64,000 nt of DNA from a phage: sequence record PZ386951.1. One strand, given 5' to 3'. Shown in pieces: positions 19,828 to 28,823 of the stretch (positions are counted from its first letter, which is position 1; the number at the start of each line of letters is the position of its first letter). Below the pieces are notes generated by a model. That model was not told the origin of the DNA and made no database searches. It saw nothing but the letters and a program-made list of their open reading frames with translations. Position numbers and translations under genes: made by a program.

Positions 19828-20796
19828 TTATTTCAGAAGAGTAACCTCAGCAATTTCTTCCCAACCGTTTTTGTCGGTCATAATAAAGTCAGCAAGATAA
19901 AGTGCAGTACGCAGTGAAACATTGCGTAAACGATTAACATTGACTTTCATCCATGATAATGCTTTATAAGTTTCTTCATCAGAAAGACCGCGCTTTTGCA
20001 TCATGTCAGTTGAAAGAATAACATCTTCAACCCTGACCATAATTTCTTCATTAGTGTGAACACCCAAATCCAAATAAACTGAGCGGGACACTAATGCTTG
20101 TAAATGTGGAGCAAGTTTAGTACCACGGTCTAATTCGCGGTCAATGTCAACGTTTGTGATAAAAACAATCGTTCCTTTAAATTCAAACTCACGCTCAATG
20201 CCTTTTTCTTCTAAGTAAGAAGATGCAGTGCTCCAGCAGACTTTACGGGTCTCTCCGGTGTCCAGAGCAGCTTTCAGAAGATTAAGAATGTCCATATCAG
20301 AGAAAACATCCACATCATCAATCAAAAGGACAGAATTCTCTTCACGATTATTCCAGAGCTGTTCATAAAGACCGATACCAGAGATTTTACCGTTAATGCT
20401 TTTATACTCAATGTATCCAATATCATTTGCTTTATTTAAAGCTTTATCTAAAGAATACGTTTTACCAATACCCGCCGCACCAGAGATAATTAATGAACGA
20501 ATGTTTCCGTTAATAATACCATTCGTCATCATTCCCATAACATTAAATCTTTTATTAATGCGGGTTTTCATATCTTCATATGATTCTTTAACTTCTTCAA
20601 CTTTTACACCATCATATGAAATGTCTGATTTGTAAACCCAAACACCACGACGTTTACCGTCAATTTCAACAAAAACTTTACCATCTCCTTGTGCATCTAC
20701 CGGAGCATTATCTGGGAACCATTCGCCTAAGAGCTCAAAAGTTCCAGAGATTTCTTTACCGAAGTAGATACCCTTATTGATAGTTACAGTTTTCAT
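19828..20796 (-). CDS. AAA+ family ATPase (~322 aa)
   Basis: Walker A GAAGIGKT, Walker B VLLIDDVD, sensor-like TIVFITN; start at MKTVTINKG (RBS GGAG), since the longer track start runs into the promoter. Confidence 0.7.
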   Translation of the reverse strand: MKTVTINKGIYFGKEISGTFELLGEWFPDNAPVDAQGDGKVFVEIDGKRRGVWVYKSDISYDGVKVEEVKESYEDMKTRINKRFNVMGMMTNGIINGNIRSLIISGAAGIGKTYSLDKALNKANDIGYIEYKSINGKISGIGLYEQLWNNREENSVLLIDDVDVFSDMDILNLLKAALDTGETRKVCWSTASSYLEEKGIEREFEFKGTIVFITNVDIDRELDRGTKLAPHLQALVSRSVYLDLGVHTNEEIMVRVEDVILSTDMMQKRGLSDEETYKALSWMKVNVNRLRNVSLRTALYLADFIMTDKNGWEEIAEVTLLK

Positions 20797-20834
20797 TTTT
20801 ATTCTCCAAATCTGTATCAGTAGTTGATAGTTGT

Positions 20835-20864
20835 ATAGTACCATAAAGCTTTATGCTTGTAAAC
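20835..20864 (-). promoter_or_regulatory. T4-type early promoter cassette
   Basis: Minus strand GTTTACaagcataaagctttatgGTACTATAC with conserved upstream ttttcacaaagtt. Confidence 0.55.
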
Positions 20865-20913
20865 AACTTTGTGAAAAATTTTTGAAATAAAAATGGAGCC
20901 CGAAGGCTCCCTA

Positions 20914-21927
20914 TCATTTATAATAACTTCGGTGGTTTTCAAGATAGACCTTCTCAAGGAAGTCATCCCAGAAACTCATGTCTACTTTTTGCTGCATACC
21001 GTTCTTAGAAGCTTCAGTAGATGCTGCTTCTACTTGATCGACCACATCTTCCAAAAACTCTTGAACCGTTTTAAATGGATGTTTACCCAACTTCACGTCG
21101 AGAATAAATGGAGCATCTTGGAGTGGATAAACTAAGTCGCCAGTTTTGTAAATTTCCAATAGTTGGAGTCCACCACGGCAAGCATGACTCAGAGCTTTCC
21201 AGTCAATACCTTCATTGGCTTCGGCCTTACGAGCACGTTCACCATATTCAGCATCTAATTTGTTCAGTGACTGCTTAAGCTCAATAAGAGAAAGCGTTGT
21301 CTGATATTTACGACCCAACACAGTGTAGAACGTTTGTGGGCCTGTTTTCTCATGATTATGGAACACCCATTCACAGAATTCGTTTTCTGGAAGACGATGC
21401 TTAATATCTTCAACTTTAGTGCGACGCTGCTTAATGGAACCGTCTTCTTGGTAATCAACCCATTGCTCGGGGATTTGATTAACTACTTTCAATACATCAC
21501 GTAATGCAGCCAAACGAGAACCCTTGACACCGTATTTAGAAGCTTGCTTGCGGACATATCCTAAATAGGATTTCATGTTAGTCGTATAAAAACGAGAACG
21601 GTTGTCTTGAATAAACTTCCACACGTCAGGCAAATCAGATTTAACAACTAGTTCAGGTGGAGTGTGGAGCATATCCAATGCTACAGTTTCACCATCTGCT
21701 GCTAATTTAAAGAAATACTTAAGACTATACAATTCGTGGTCAATATCATCTTTAGTGTTTTTAGATGATGTGTTGTTGGTATTTTTACTCATATGCTCTT
21801 TAACATTTCCGATAAGAATATCGCGAGCAGGAGGAATAAAGATTTCTTTAAAATCTACATCAGATTCTGGAGTAGAAGTTCCATAAAGATGACTACCAAA
21901 ATAGCTTTTCATTACTGTTTTCATCAT
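20914..21927 (-). CDS. predicted nucleotidyltransferase (pol-beta fold minimal NTase signature)
   Basis: 337 aa; N-terminal GSHLYGTSTPESDVDF fits the GS-x(9-13)-DxD nucleotidyltransferase signature. Confidence 0.6.
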   Translation of the reverse strand: MMKTVMKSYFGSHLYGTSTPESDVDFKEIFIPPARDILIGNVKEHMSKNTNNTSSKNTKDDIDHELYSLKYFFKLAADGETVALDMLHTPPELVVKSDLPDVWKFIQDNRSRFYTTNMKSYLGYVRKQASKYGVKGSRLAALRDVLKVVNQIPEQWVDYQEDGSIKQRRTKVEDIKHRLPENEFCEWVFHNHEKTGPQTFYTVLGRKYQTTLSLIELKQSLNKLDAEYGERARKAEANEGIDWKALSHACRGGLQLLEIYKTGDLVYPLQDAPFILDVKLGKHPFKTVQEFLEDVVDQVEAASTEASKNGMQQKVDMSFWDDFLEKVYLENHRSYYK

Positions 21928-22385
21928 TCAGCCTTATATTCAATAACAGGACATACTTTAGCTTTACGCGCTTTTAAAAATTCGACGATAACCGATTTCT
22001 TGGGTTGAATAGGAGGTAAACCCTTATACGCCCTATCAATATTTTCTACATGTAAAGCATAATCCTTTTTCCATTTATAATCTTTATATTTTTCATGCAG
22101 TTGTGCAGGAATAACAAATGAACCAATAATAAGTAAAACAAGCAAAATGGCAAGTATAAATGCTGATGGAATAAGAGTCCATAAACTACCAAAAATAAGC
22201 CATTTCTGTATGATTTCTGCGCAGATAATAGTTAGACCTGCGAGTATAGTACATCCGAAAAAAGAAACGAAAAATGTAGGAATAACAATAGACCAAAAGT
22301 ATGCACACAGTGTCTTAGGTCGTTTCCATTCGTCGTTAAACATTTTGAATAATTTATAATGCCAAGAGCTTTCATTAATAATCAT
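21924..22385 (-). CDS. membrane protein (153 aa, 3 predicted TM helices)
   Basis: Hydrophobic segments in own reading. Confidence 0.55.
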   Translation of the reverse strand: MIINESSWHYKLFKMFNDEWKRPKTLCAYFWSIVIPTFFVSFFGCTILAGLTIICAEIIQKWLIFGSLWTLIPSAFILAILLVLLIIGSFVIPAQLHEKYKDYKWKKDYALHVENIDRAYKGLPPIQPKKSVIVEFLKARKAKVCPVIEYKAE

Positions 22386-22387
22386 AA

Positions 22388-22909
22388 TTATCCTTTCATT
22401 GAAGGTGTAACAGTTGTTAAATACTTAATCATAGCTTCAGCTTCTGATTTTGACAATGAAATTTCTCCATTGTTTTGACGAATAGAAATAAAATCCGGAT
22501 GACGGTCACCACCAGCTTTTAAAACACACATATAAGTATCAGTTTCATCTTCAATATCTGAAATGATTGAAGCAGTTCCGCATGAATGTGGTTTTTGATA
22601 AATCAATGCAGCTTTTCTTCCACCGTTTGACTGTTCATAAACTTTTAACACATCAAACAAATCACTTCTTTTATCAATAGCTAAGATGTTGTTTTCATCT
22701 TCAATGTTAAATCCTTCGGATACTTCATAAAGTGTCACCCATAAATCGCCAATATCAATGACAGCATTCACCTTTCCATGATTTTCAAGAGCATTACAAA
22801 TTTTCTTAATTTCATCATAACTCATTTTAATAATATCATCTCCTTGAATAAAGAAGATGTCATTTTTAAATTCAACGCGAATTAAACCACTTTCACTTGA
22901 AATAAACAT
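22388..22909 (-). CDS. hypothetical protein (173 aa), paralog of 22916..23473
   Basis: C-terminus SKSEAEAMIKYLTTVTPSM aligns with TKDEAIALKTYLDSVIPTM of the neighbour. Confidence 0.55.
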   Translation of the reverse strand: MFISSESGLIRVEFKNDIFFIQGDDIIKMSYDEIKKICNALENHGKVNAVIDIGDLWVTLYEVSEGFNIEDENNILAIDKRSDLFDVLKVYEQSNGGRKAALIYQKPHSCGTASIISDIEDETDTYMCVLKAGGDRHPDFISIRQNNGEISLSKSEAEAMIKYLTTVTPSMKG

Positions 22910-22915
22910 ATTTCC

Positions 22916-23473
22916 TCACTTTGAAATCATAGTTGGAATGACAGAATCAAGATAAGTCTTTAGCGCAATAGCTTCGTCTTTGGTAAATGTGACAATATGC
23001 GATCGAAAATCGTCAATTTGACGAATAGTTAAGACATCTCCCTCTTCATAACATTTTGATACATTTAAAAGAGTTTCATCATTCTGATTGCAAGCGTTAG
23101 TAATAATAGCATTGCAATTTTTGAGCCATTTTAAACTATGTTTTCTTTCATTAGAATAATAAAAATATTTAATCTTAGCTATAAAACTATCCCAATGGAT
23201 AACTGATAAACACATTGACTCACTTTTAATATTAAATCCTGGGCATGAAGAATAAAAATGAATTTTGTGCTCATCATTGATGCTTACTATTTTATCAGTA
23301 TAAGGATATTCAATTTGGGTTAAATGAATAATTTCACTAGGTGTAAAATACATCATATCGTCTTCTTGCGTCAAACGATACATATTATTTACTTTTTCTA
23401 TAGCCAATTCACCAAAAAGTGGACTAACTTCTAATACTAATCGTTTCATATTGATTCTCTTCGACTCGCTCAC
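22916..23473 (-). CDS. hypothetical protein (185 aa), paralog of 22388..22909
   Basis: Shared C-terminal motif EAxAxKxYLxxVxPxM. Confidence 0.55.
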   Translation of the reverse strand: MSESKRINMKRLVLEVSPLFGELAIEKVNNMYRLTQEDDMMYFTPSEIIHLTQIEYPYTDKIVSINDEHKIHFYSSCPGFNIKSESMCLSVIHWDSFIAKIKYFYYSNERKHSLKWLKNCNAIITNACNQNDETLLNVSKCYEEGDVLTIRQIDDFRSHIVTFTKDEAIALKTYLDSVIPTMISK

Positions 23474-23608
23474 AATTACATACTCCTTTGAATCATATCA
23501 ATAATATTGTTCACCAAATTATAAGTAAACATTGGGTAATTATATTGAATCATCACATACACAACAAACAAAATTTTCATTCTCTTCTCCTTGACAGTTG
23601 GCAAGATT

Positions 23609-23638
23609 ACTATACCATAACCTTGCCAACTTGTAAAC
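23609..23638 (-). promoter_or_regulatory. early promoter embedded in a 9-bp inverted repeat (promoter/stem-loop cassette)
   Basis: gttggcaag-attactatacca-taa-ccttgccaac; minus strand GTTTAC ... TGGTATAGT. Confidence 0.5.
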
Positions 23639-23640
23639 CA

Positions 23641-23813
23641 TTAAATGACGTTTTCAATAAAATTCTGAAGCTTTGTATGAGCATCAACCATGATTTTCAT
23701 TTCTTCCTTTGCGAAAGCTGTACCTCTTTCCCGAGCAGAATACTCATAGTCAGAAACTGCATTAGCATATTCTTCAATTAGTTTCATTAAAAACATCTGC
23801 TTTTCAGTTTTCA
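23641..23813 (-). CDS. hypothetical small protein (~57 aa), below track cutoff
   Basis: Own translation MKTEKQMFLMKLIEEYANAVSDYEYSAREGT...; RBS GGTGG 5 nt upstream. Confidence 0.35.
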
Positions 23814-23998
23814 TTATTCCACCTAATCATTTCAAGGTATTGAACTAACTTAGCTTTGGATTTATCCAAATCCTTTTTAGCTGCTTCTATACCGTCGTAT
23901 GAATATCCTTCACAATGCTCAACTGCTAATTGATATGAATCTATTTCAATATCACGTGCTAATTTAATGATTTTTTCAAACTGTTCGCGTGTTAGCAT
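23804..23998 (-). CDS. hypothetical protein (64 aa)
   Basis: ORF. Confidence 0.45.
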   Translation of the reverse strand: MLTREQFEKIIKLARDIEIDSYQLAVEHCEGYSYDGIEAAKKDLDKSKAKLVQYLEMIRWNNEN

Positions 23999-24000
23999 AC

Positions 24001-24204
24001 TTAAACTCTCGTATTATGATCGATAATTTCATCAAGAAACATATCTAACGCTTCTAAAGCATTATCAACTTTAGCTTCAAGTTCATCAATACCTTTATTT
24101 GCAATGCCTGACGAAAACCAAGCAAAGTCACTAAGTTCCTCATCTGCTTTACGAATTGAAGCCACTAATTCCTTGATTTTATCTGCTTGCTCTATACTAA
24201 TCAT
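24001..24204 (-). CDS. hypothetical protein (~67 aa)
   Basis: Start at internal Met giving a TAATG stop/start overlap with the upstream ORF. Confidence 0.45.
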   Translation of the reverse strand: MISIEQADKIKELVASIRKADEELSDFAWFSSGIANKGIDELEAKVDNALEALDMFLDEIIDHNTRV

Positions 24205-24392
24205 TATTCCACCACATATGAAAGAGAGAATATTGCACACGCCATGTGAGTTGCAACTTCATCACACATATTATAACGTTTCTTAAGAAGTTCTACAAGT
24301 TCTTCACTAGTGACTTCATCCATGTCGACGAAAAAATCGCCATTAATGATGACATAGATATTTCCTTCTTGATTAAGTGCTTCAATTTTCAT
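24204..24392 (-). CDS. hypothetical acidic protein (62 aa)
   Basis: RBS GAGGAG upstream of ATG. Confidence 0.5.
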
Positions 24393-24420
24393 GATGTTCT
24401 CCTCTTTATCCGATGGTTGT

Positions 24421-24450
24421 ATAGTACCGCGGCTCAGACGGAAAGTAAAC
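24421..24450 (-). promoter_or_regulatory. T4-type early promoter
   Basis: Minus strand GTTTACtttccgtctgagccgcGGTACTAT. Confidence 0.45.
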
Positions 24451-24465
24451 CGGTAAAATGAAAAA

Positions 24466-24483
24466 AGTCTCCCGAAGGAGACT
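24466..24483 (-). terminator. stem-loop agtctcc-cgaa-ggagact followed by a T run on the minus strand
   Basis: 7-bp stem, tetraloop, 6 T downstream; sits 4 nt after the stop of ORF 24488..24874. Confidence 0.55.
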
Positions 24484-24487
24484 AATG

Positions 24488-24874
24488 TTATTCGAGGGAA
24501 AGAAGATACTTACTCTGGTAAAACATTCCAGTAATATCATCTATCGTGCTTTGGATGGCTGGAGGCATTTCTTTATAAATGCTGTTAGATTGGTCTAGTA
24601 TGCGATCAATCATTTTAATTGTGTCGGTAGGAAGTTTACTGGCATCTGGAATTGAAGGCGTGTATTTTCTACCAGAATACCCCAAATATTGCTCACCAAA
24701 TTTATCAATCAAATCTGGCAACTCGGAGAAAATAAAATCGTATGCTTTGTGTCTAGCATAACTTTTAGTTTCAAAATGTGCAGAATGAAAATAAGCTTGT
24801 GCAGCCATTAATAAACCTAAGTATTCATCTGCCTTTGAAGGTTTTCCACTTTGTGAAAAGTCGCTGAATTTCAT
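24488..24874 (-). CDS. hypothetical protein (128 aa; rI.1 position)
   Basis: Stop overlaps rI start region; synteny only. Confidence 0.5.
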
Positions 24875-25164
24875 TCAGTCTCCAATTTAATGTTCATAAT
24901 TCTAGCGTATGATTGTGCCATCTCCGCGCCTCGTTCTATACATTCAAAATCAGAAGAGCACGGGTCATTTTTATAGGTCGTTCTCATAAAACTATAGAAT
25001 TGTTCAGACGATTCTACGCTTTTATTTTCAAAAAGCATATAAACGTGCCTAATACCAGATTCCATAAATTTATCAAAATGAGGATCGACATTCGCTTCAA
25101 TCGATGGAGATAAAACAAATGACAATCCTAGCATGGCAAATAGTGCCGTTGCTTTTAAGGCCAT
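24871..25164 (-). CDS. rI: lysis inhibition regulator rI-like (signal-anchor periplasmic protein)
   Basis: 97 aa (T4 RI length) with N-terminal hydrophobic signal ALKATALFAMLGLSFVLSPSIEA; position upstream of tk. Confidence 0.7.
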   Translation of the reverse strand: MALKATALFAMLGLSFVLSPSIEANVDPHFDKFMESGIRHVYMLFENKSVESSEQFYSFMRTTYKNDPCSSDFECIERGAEMAQSYARIMNIKLETE

Positions 25165-25176
25165 AAAGGCCTCCTA

Positions 25177-25389
25177 TCATTTTTGCCCTGTATTTACTTT
25201 ATGCCGATGCACGGCCTTAACTTTATCAAGGTATTTTTCAAAATTTCGCAATCTAGTATAGTCTGCCGGAGATTGGTTGAGTGATACTTCTCGACGCAAA
25301 GCTGAAATGATATTTCCAACTTCCCTACGAATTTCATCTAATTGAAGAACAGTAAGATTGCGAAGTTGCTTTTCAGTTAATTGTAGCAT
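25177..25389 (-). CDS. hypothetical protein (70 aa)
   Basis: ORF between tk and rI. Confidence 0.5.
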
Positions 25390-25431
25390 ATATACCCCTT
25401 TAGTTAGATAAACTTATTTATAACTTTTGCA

Positions 25432-26013
25432 CTAACCGAGCTTTTTAGTTAATTCATTCCAATGTTTTCTACACAAAGAAACATAAATTTCATCACCAAT
25501 ACAGATTTGATTACCTTCTTTAACGGGTGTTCCATCTTCCATTAATCGAGCTGTCATAATCGCTTTTTTTCCGCAATGACAAACTGCCTTCAGTTCAATA
25601 AGTTTATCTGCAATCGCTAAAAGTTCTTTAGAACCTTCAAATAATTTTCCGGCGAAATCAGTCCTTAATCCATAAGCCATAACAGGAACATTATATGTAT
25701 CAACAATTCGGCTCAATTGATGCACTTGTTCAGTTTTTAAAAACTGAGCTTCATCTACAAATACGCAATGAATATCTTTTTGTGCTTCAGCCCATTTATA
25801 GAACTCGAAAATATCCATATCATCTGTAATAATATTCGCTTCCTGTTTAATTCCAATGCGAGAAACAACTTCACAGACAGAATCGCGAGTATCAATAGCA
25901 GGCTTAAGAACTAATACACTCATTCCACGCTCTTTATAATTATGAGCAGCAGTCAAAAGAGAAGCAGATTTTCCAGCATTCATTGCTGCATAAGTAAAAA
26001 TTAAACTCGCCAT
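25432..26013 (-). CDS. tk: thymidine kinase
   Basis: 193 aa; P-loop AMNAGKSASLL; C-terminal zinc cysteines (CHCG...C...C). Confidence 0.9.
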   Translation of the reverse strand: MASLIFTYAAMNAGKSASLLTAAHNYKERGMSVLVLKPAIDTRDSVCEVVSRIGIKQEANIITDDMDIFEFYKWAEAQKDIHCVFVDEAQFLKTEQVHQLSRIVDTYNVPVMAYGLRTDFAGKLFEGSKELLAIADKLIELKAVCHCGKKAIMTARLMEDGTPVKEGNQICIGDEIYVSLCRKHWNELTKKLG

Positions 26014-26022
26014 ATCACCTTC

Positions 26023-26229
26023 TTAAAGCGTATTCACATAAGCTATTAATTCATTTTCTTTCTTATCAAACCGATCAGCAAATTCTTCCTGCTGTTCGGG
26101 AGATAGCGGGCCGTATTCATCATAAAAGGTGTTTGCTTCTGTATGCTCATCTAGAAGTTCATGGATAAGCTCAAACAATTTATCTTTTTGTTCTTTACTC
26201 AGACTCATAACCATGTCACCTTTAAGCAA
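26023..26229 (-). CDS. hypothetical acidic protein (68 aa)
   Basis: ORF. Confidence 0.45.
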   Translation of the reverse strand: MLKGDMVMSLSKEQKDKLFELIHELLDEHTEANTFYDEYGPLSPEQQEEFADRFDKKENELIAYVNTL

Positions 26230-26417
26230 TATTCTTCTACATGTTGTTTACGACCTTTCTTATCAATAAAGGTATATTCAACGAATGTTCCAATGTAGTC
26301 TTTATCTACATCATGTGGACTATTAATTGGACATTTAGTACGGCAAATGCGTTCCCATTGACGAATAATTACTGCTTTGTTTTTAGGATCAAACGGATGT
26401 GGGTAATGTACTTTCAT
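26205..26417 (-). CDS. hypothetical protein (70 aa)
   Basis: ORF. Confidence 0.45.
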   Translation of the reverse strand: MKVHYPHPFDPKNKAVIIRQWERICRTKCPINSPHDVDKDYIGTFVEYTFIDKKGRKQHVEEYCLKVTWL

Positions 26418-26868
26418 AATCCACCACTATTAAATCAATATCAGGAGTAAACATGTCGATTAATTTAGAAACCTTATCCCAATCACCGCCAGCAATACCA
26501 CAACCTATGCGTGGAATGTAAATTACCGGTTTAAACAAAAGGGTTTCTGCCTGTAGATTTAATTCTATCATGCAGTTTACTAAAGCACCATAATCAAGAT
26601 TAGGACCTGGTTCGTATTGCGTATACAAGTTATAACATATGCCAAAACCATTAGGTTTATGTTTAAAAACAATAGACATATCGCCTAATTTATCACGAGA
26701 ACCGTACTCAGTAGTGGTTTTATCTATTTCTAAAATTTTGGGATAGGCTCTTGCTAATTGACCCGCTACACCTGAACCCATAGTATGAAAACAATTGCAC
26801 CCGTGCGCAATAATATTACCTTCAAGAAAGAGGGCGACAATATCGCCCTTGATATATTTTACAATCAT
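26389..26868 (-). CDS. macro-domain-like protein (putative ADP-ribose binding/hydrolysis)
   Basis: 159 aa; KGDIVAL...IAHGCNC...MGSGVAGQLARAYP and later PRIGCGIAGG resemble the macro-domain diphosphate-binding loops. Confidence 0.5.
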   Translation of the reverse strand: MIVKYIKGDIVALFLEGNIIAHGCNCFHTMGSGVAGQLARAYPKILEIDKTTTEYGSRDKLGDMSIVFKHKPNGFGICYNLYTQYEPGPNLDYGALVNCMIELNLQAETLLFKPVIYIPRIGCGIAGGDWDKVSKLIDMFTPDIDLIVVDYESTLPTSV

Positions 26869-27212
26869 CTAGTACTCAATCCTCGATTATAAGAATCTAC
26901 CAAACGGTCAACCATTGAATGACAAGCGGCTTTATCTTTCTCCTCCGCAACTGAACATTCTAAAGTATTCCACTTTTTAGCATATCGTTTTAATAATGTA
27001 TCGTTTTTGTATCTGCTTGATTTATCTCTTTCTCCGTCTTTATATGCATATATTAATTTCTGTGCAAATTCAGCTTGGCATGCTTTATTTTTCCCACAAT
27101 AATCTGCCGCAGTGCGGTTTACATATTCTCTAATTTCAGTATATGATGTATCTGCTGACGCAGAAGCAGAAAATGAAATTAATCCTATACATAAAACCAA
27201 AATTTTAGTCAT
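26865..27212 (-). CDS. secreted small protein with Sec signal peptide (115 aa)
   Basis: N-terminus MTKILVLCIGLISFSASASA then mature domain with 4 Cys. Confidence 0.55.
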   Translation of the reverse strand: MTKILVLCIGLISFSASASADTSYTEIREYVNRTAADYCGKNKACQAEFAQKLIYAYKDGERDKSSRYKNDTLLKRYAKKWNTLECSVAEEKDKAACHSMVDRLVDSYNRGLSTR

Positions 27213-27750
27213 TTACTATTTCCAAAAGTTTATTATTTTTAAGGTAATTAGCCTTTTCTAGGACTTCAGAAGCATATTTAGAACCAGCTTTAACATTCCA
27301 TCCCGAATTATAAGAGGATATTGCTTTTCTTATATCGCCCTTATGTATATTTAACCAATAAGAAAGTTCAATGTACGCCCAGGAAGCTGAATTGGATCGT
27401 TTATTCAACATTCTTTTTATTTCAGCATCGGTCATATTATAACCAAGTTCCTTAACTCTTGCTCGCATAGTAGGCAAATAATTTTGGAACATTCCATAAG
27501 CGTGATGCTTTGGTTTAGATTTTAAATTAACTCCGCCAGAGCTTTCTTGCCATAAAATAGCAGCCATTATATGACCTAATCCGCTCTTGTGGATATTTTT
27601 ATGTGTTTTATATTTTCCATCCTTAGAAAACTGTTCCCCGAATTGATACGCGTAACGCATGTTATCGAGTTGGACATTACTGAAAGTATGCTCGGAGCTA
27701 TGTGCCATCATTGAAATGGCCAATAGACCAGCGAGTAGTGCTTTTCTCAT
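27205..27750 (-). CDS. secreted lytic-transglycosylase-like (SLT-domain) protein
   Basis: 181 aa; signal peptide; SLT-like motifs WQESSGG, AYGMFQ, SSYNSG. Confidence 0.55.
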   Translation of the reverse strand: MRKALLAGLLAISMMAHSSEHTFSNVQLDNMRYAYQFGEQFSKDGKYKTHKNIHKSGLGHIMAAILWQESSGGVNLKSKPKHHAYGMFQNYLPTMRARVKELGYNMTDAEIKRMLNKRSNSASWAYIELSYWLNIHKGDIRKAISSYNSGWNVKAGSKYASEVLEKANYLKNNKLLEIVND

Positions 27751-27757
27751 GCTTACC

Positions 27758-28219
27758 TCATTGAGTTTTAATTACTGCTTTAGAAGCCTTTCCTGGTAAA
27801 CGACGACTGTTGATAATTGCCATCCTACATTGAAGTGACGGGTTTTTGAACTTCTCATTAGGTTTACAAACCGTAAATCCAAGCCAAAGATTTCCATCTG
27901 TGATTTCTAAACGTCCAGGACGATATTCAACCCCATCAATAAAATCCTCGTCAATGTCAGGACGTGGAGGCATACTCAGGAATTCATTAACTTCTAAAAC
28001 ATGGTCTTTTATTTTATGGAATAATTCAAAAACATATGTCTCATCAATCTCCCGTTGAATTGCACGATCAAGAAGATGCTGAGAATATTTTAGATGAAAC
28101 GATGAGACCCCTGCTGCTTTTGATGCCTCACGAATCTCATTGTTAATTTGACGAAACTCCGACTCAAAGTGACGACGGAGCTTATTTCGACGGATAAAAA
28201 CTTCTGTGTTGATAGTCAT
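27758..28219 (-). CDS. regB: endoribonuclease RegB
   Basis: 153 aa beginning MTINTEVFIRRNKLRRHFESEF, matching recalled T4 RegB. Confidence 0.85.
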   Translation of the reverse strand: MTINTEVFIRRNKLRRHFESEFRQINNEIREASKAAGVSSFHLKYSQHLLDRAIQREIDETYVFELFHKIKDHVLEVNEFLSMPPRPDIDEDFIDGVEYRPGRLEITDGNLWLGFTVCKPNEKFKNPSLQCRMAIINSRRLPGKASKAVIKTQ

Positions 28220-28246
28220 GTTATTCTCCTCTTAACTGATAGAAAA

Positions 28247-28276
28247 ATTATACCACAGTCAAGAGGAAAAGTAAAC
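28247..28276 (-). promoter_or_regulatory. T4-type early promoter upstream of regB
   Basis: Minus strand GTTTACttttcctcttgactgTGGTATAAT. Confidence 0.6.
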
Positions 28277-28278
28277 AG

Positions 28279-28557
28279 TTATTCTTTAAATCTGATTAAT
28301 TTATTCATAGACTTTGAAACTTCTGCACGAACCTCATGTAGATTTTTGAGCTGTTCAAGACGCTGCGCATAGTAAGCAATTTCATCTTCTTCGAGACAGT
28401 CCTGTGAATCTTCTTTAAGATAACGTGCATAGTCCTGAAAAGCGTTACGAACTACTTCCTGGAAATCATCAAGACTTTGAATTTTCTTAGGAGTAACAGA
28501 TATGCGGCGGTCTGCTGTAAAATAATGAGTCCCAAAACCTGATAAAATTTGAGCCAT
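28279..28557 (-). CDS. hypothetical protein (~92 aa)
   Basis: Start at MAQILSG overlapping the upstream stop. Confidence 0.45.
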   Translation of the reverse strand: MAQILSGFGTHYFTADRRISVTPKKIQSLDDFQEVVRNAFQDYARYLKEDSQDCLEEDEIAYYAQRLEQLKNLHEVRAEVSKSMNKLIRFKE

Positions 28558-28823
28558 TAGTATTTTTCCTCTGGTTGAAACACTGCACGACAAGCCCACA
28601 TACTTGCTTCTTTGAGTTTCGTTTTAGCAATAGTTAACTGATCGAGGCTTTCAGCATAATTCTTCGCGAATTCACAGTCTTCACAATTATCTAGTGCTTC
28701 CCAGAATTCATCATACAAAGCATCAAAGATAAGTCCTAAACGAACTTCAGCGTCTTTGATAGCATTCACTTTACCGATTTTCTCTTTAGTATGTGGTTTA
28801 TAACCCTTAATATCTTCAATCAT
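28557..28823 (-). CDS. hypothetical protein (~88 aa)
   Basis: Start at MIEDIKGYK. Confidence 0.45.
   Translation of the reverse strand: MIEDIKGYKPHTKEKIGKVNAIKDAEVRLGLIFDALYDEFWEALDNCEDCEFAKNYAESLDQLTIAKTKLKEASMWACRAVFQPEEKY

Noticed and set aside
23488-23781. Plus-strand 97 aa ORF in the 23474..23803 gap
   Set aside because: The gap is better explained by a minus-strand early promoter cassette plus small minus-strand peptides with RBS; the plus ORF is antisense to them.
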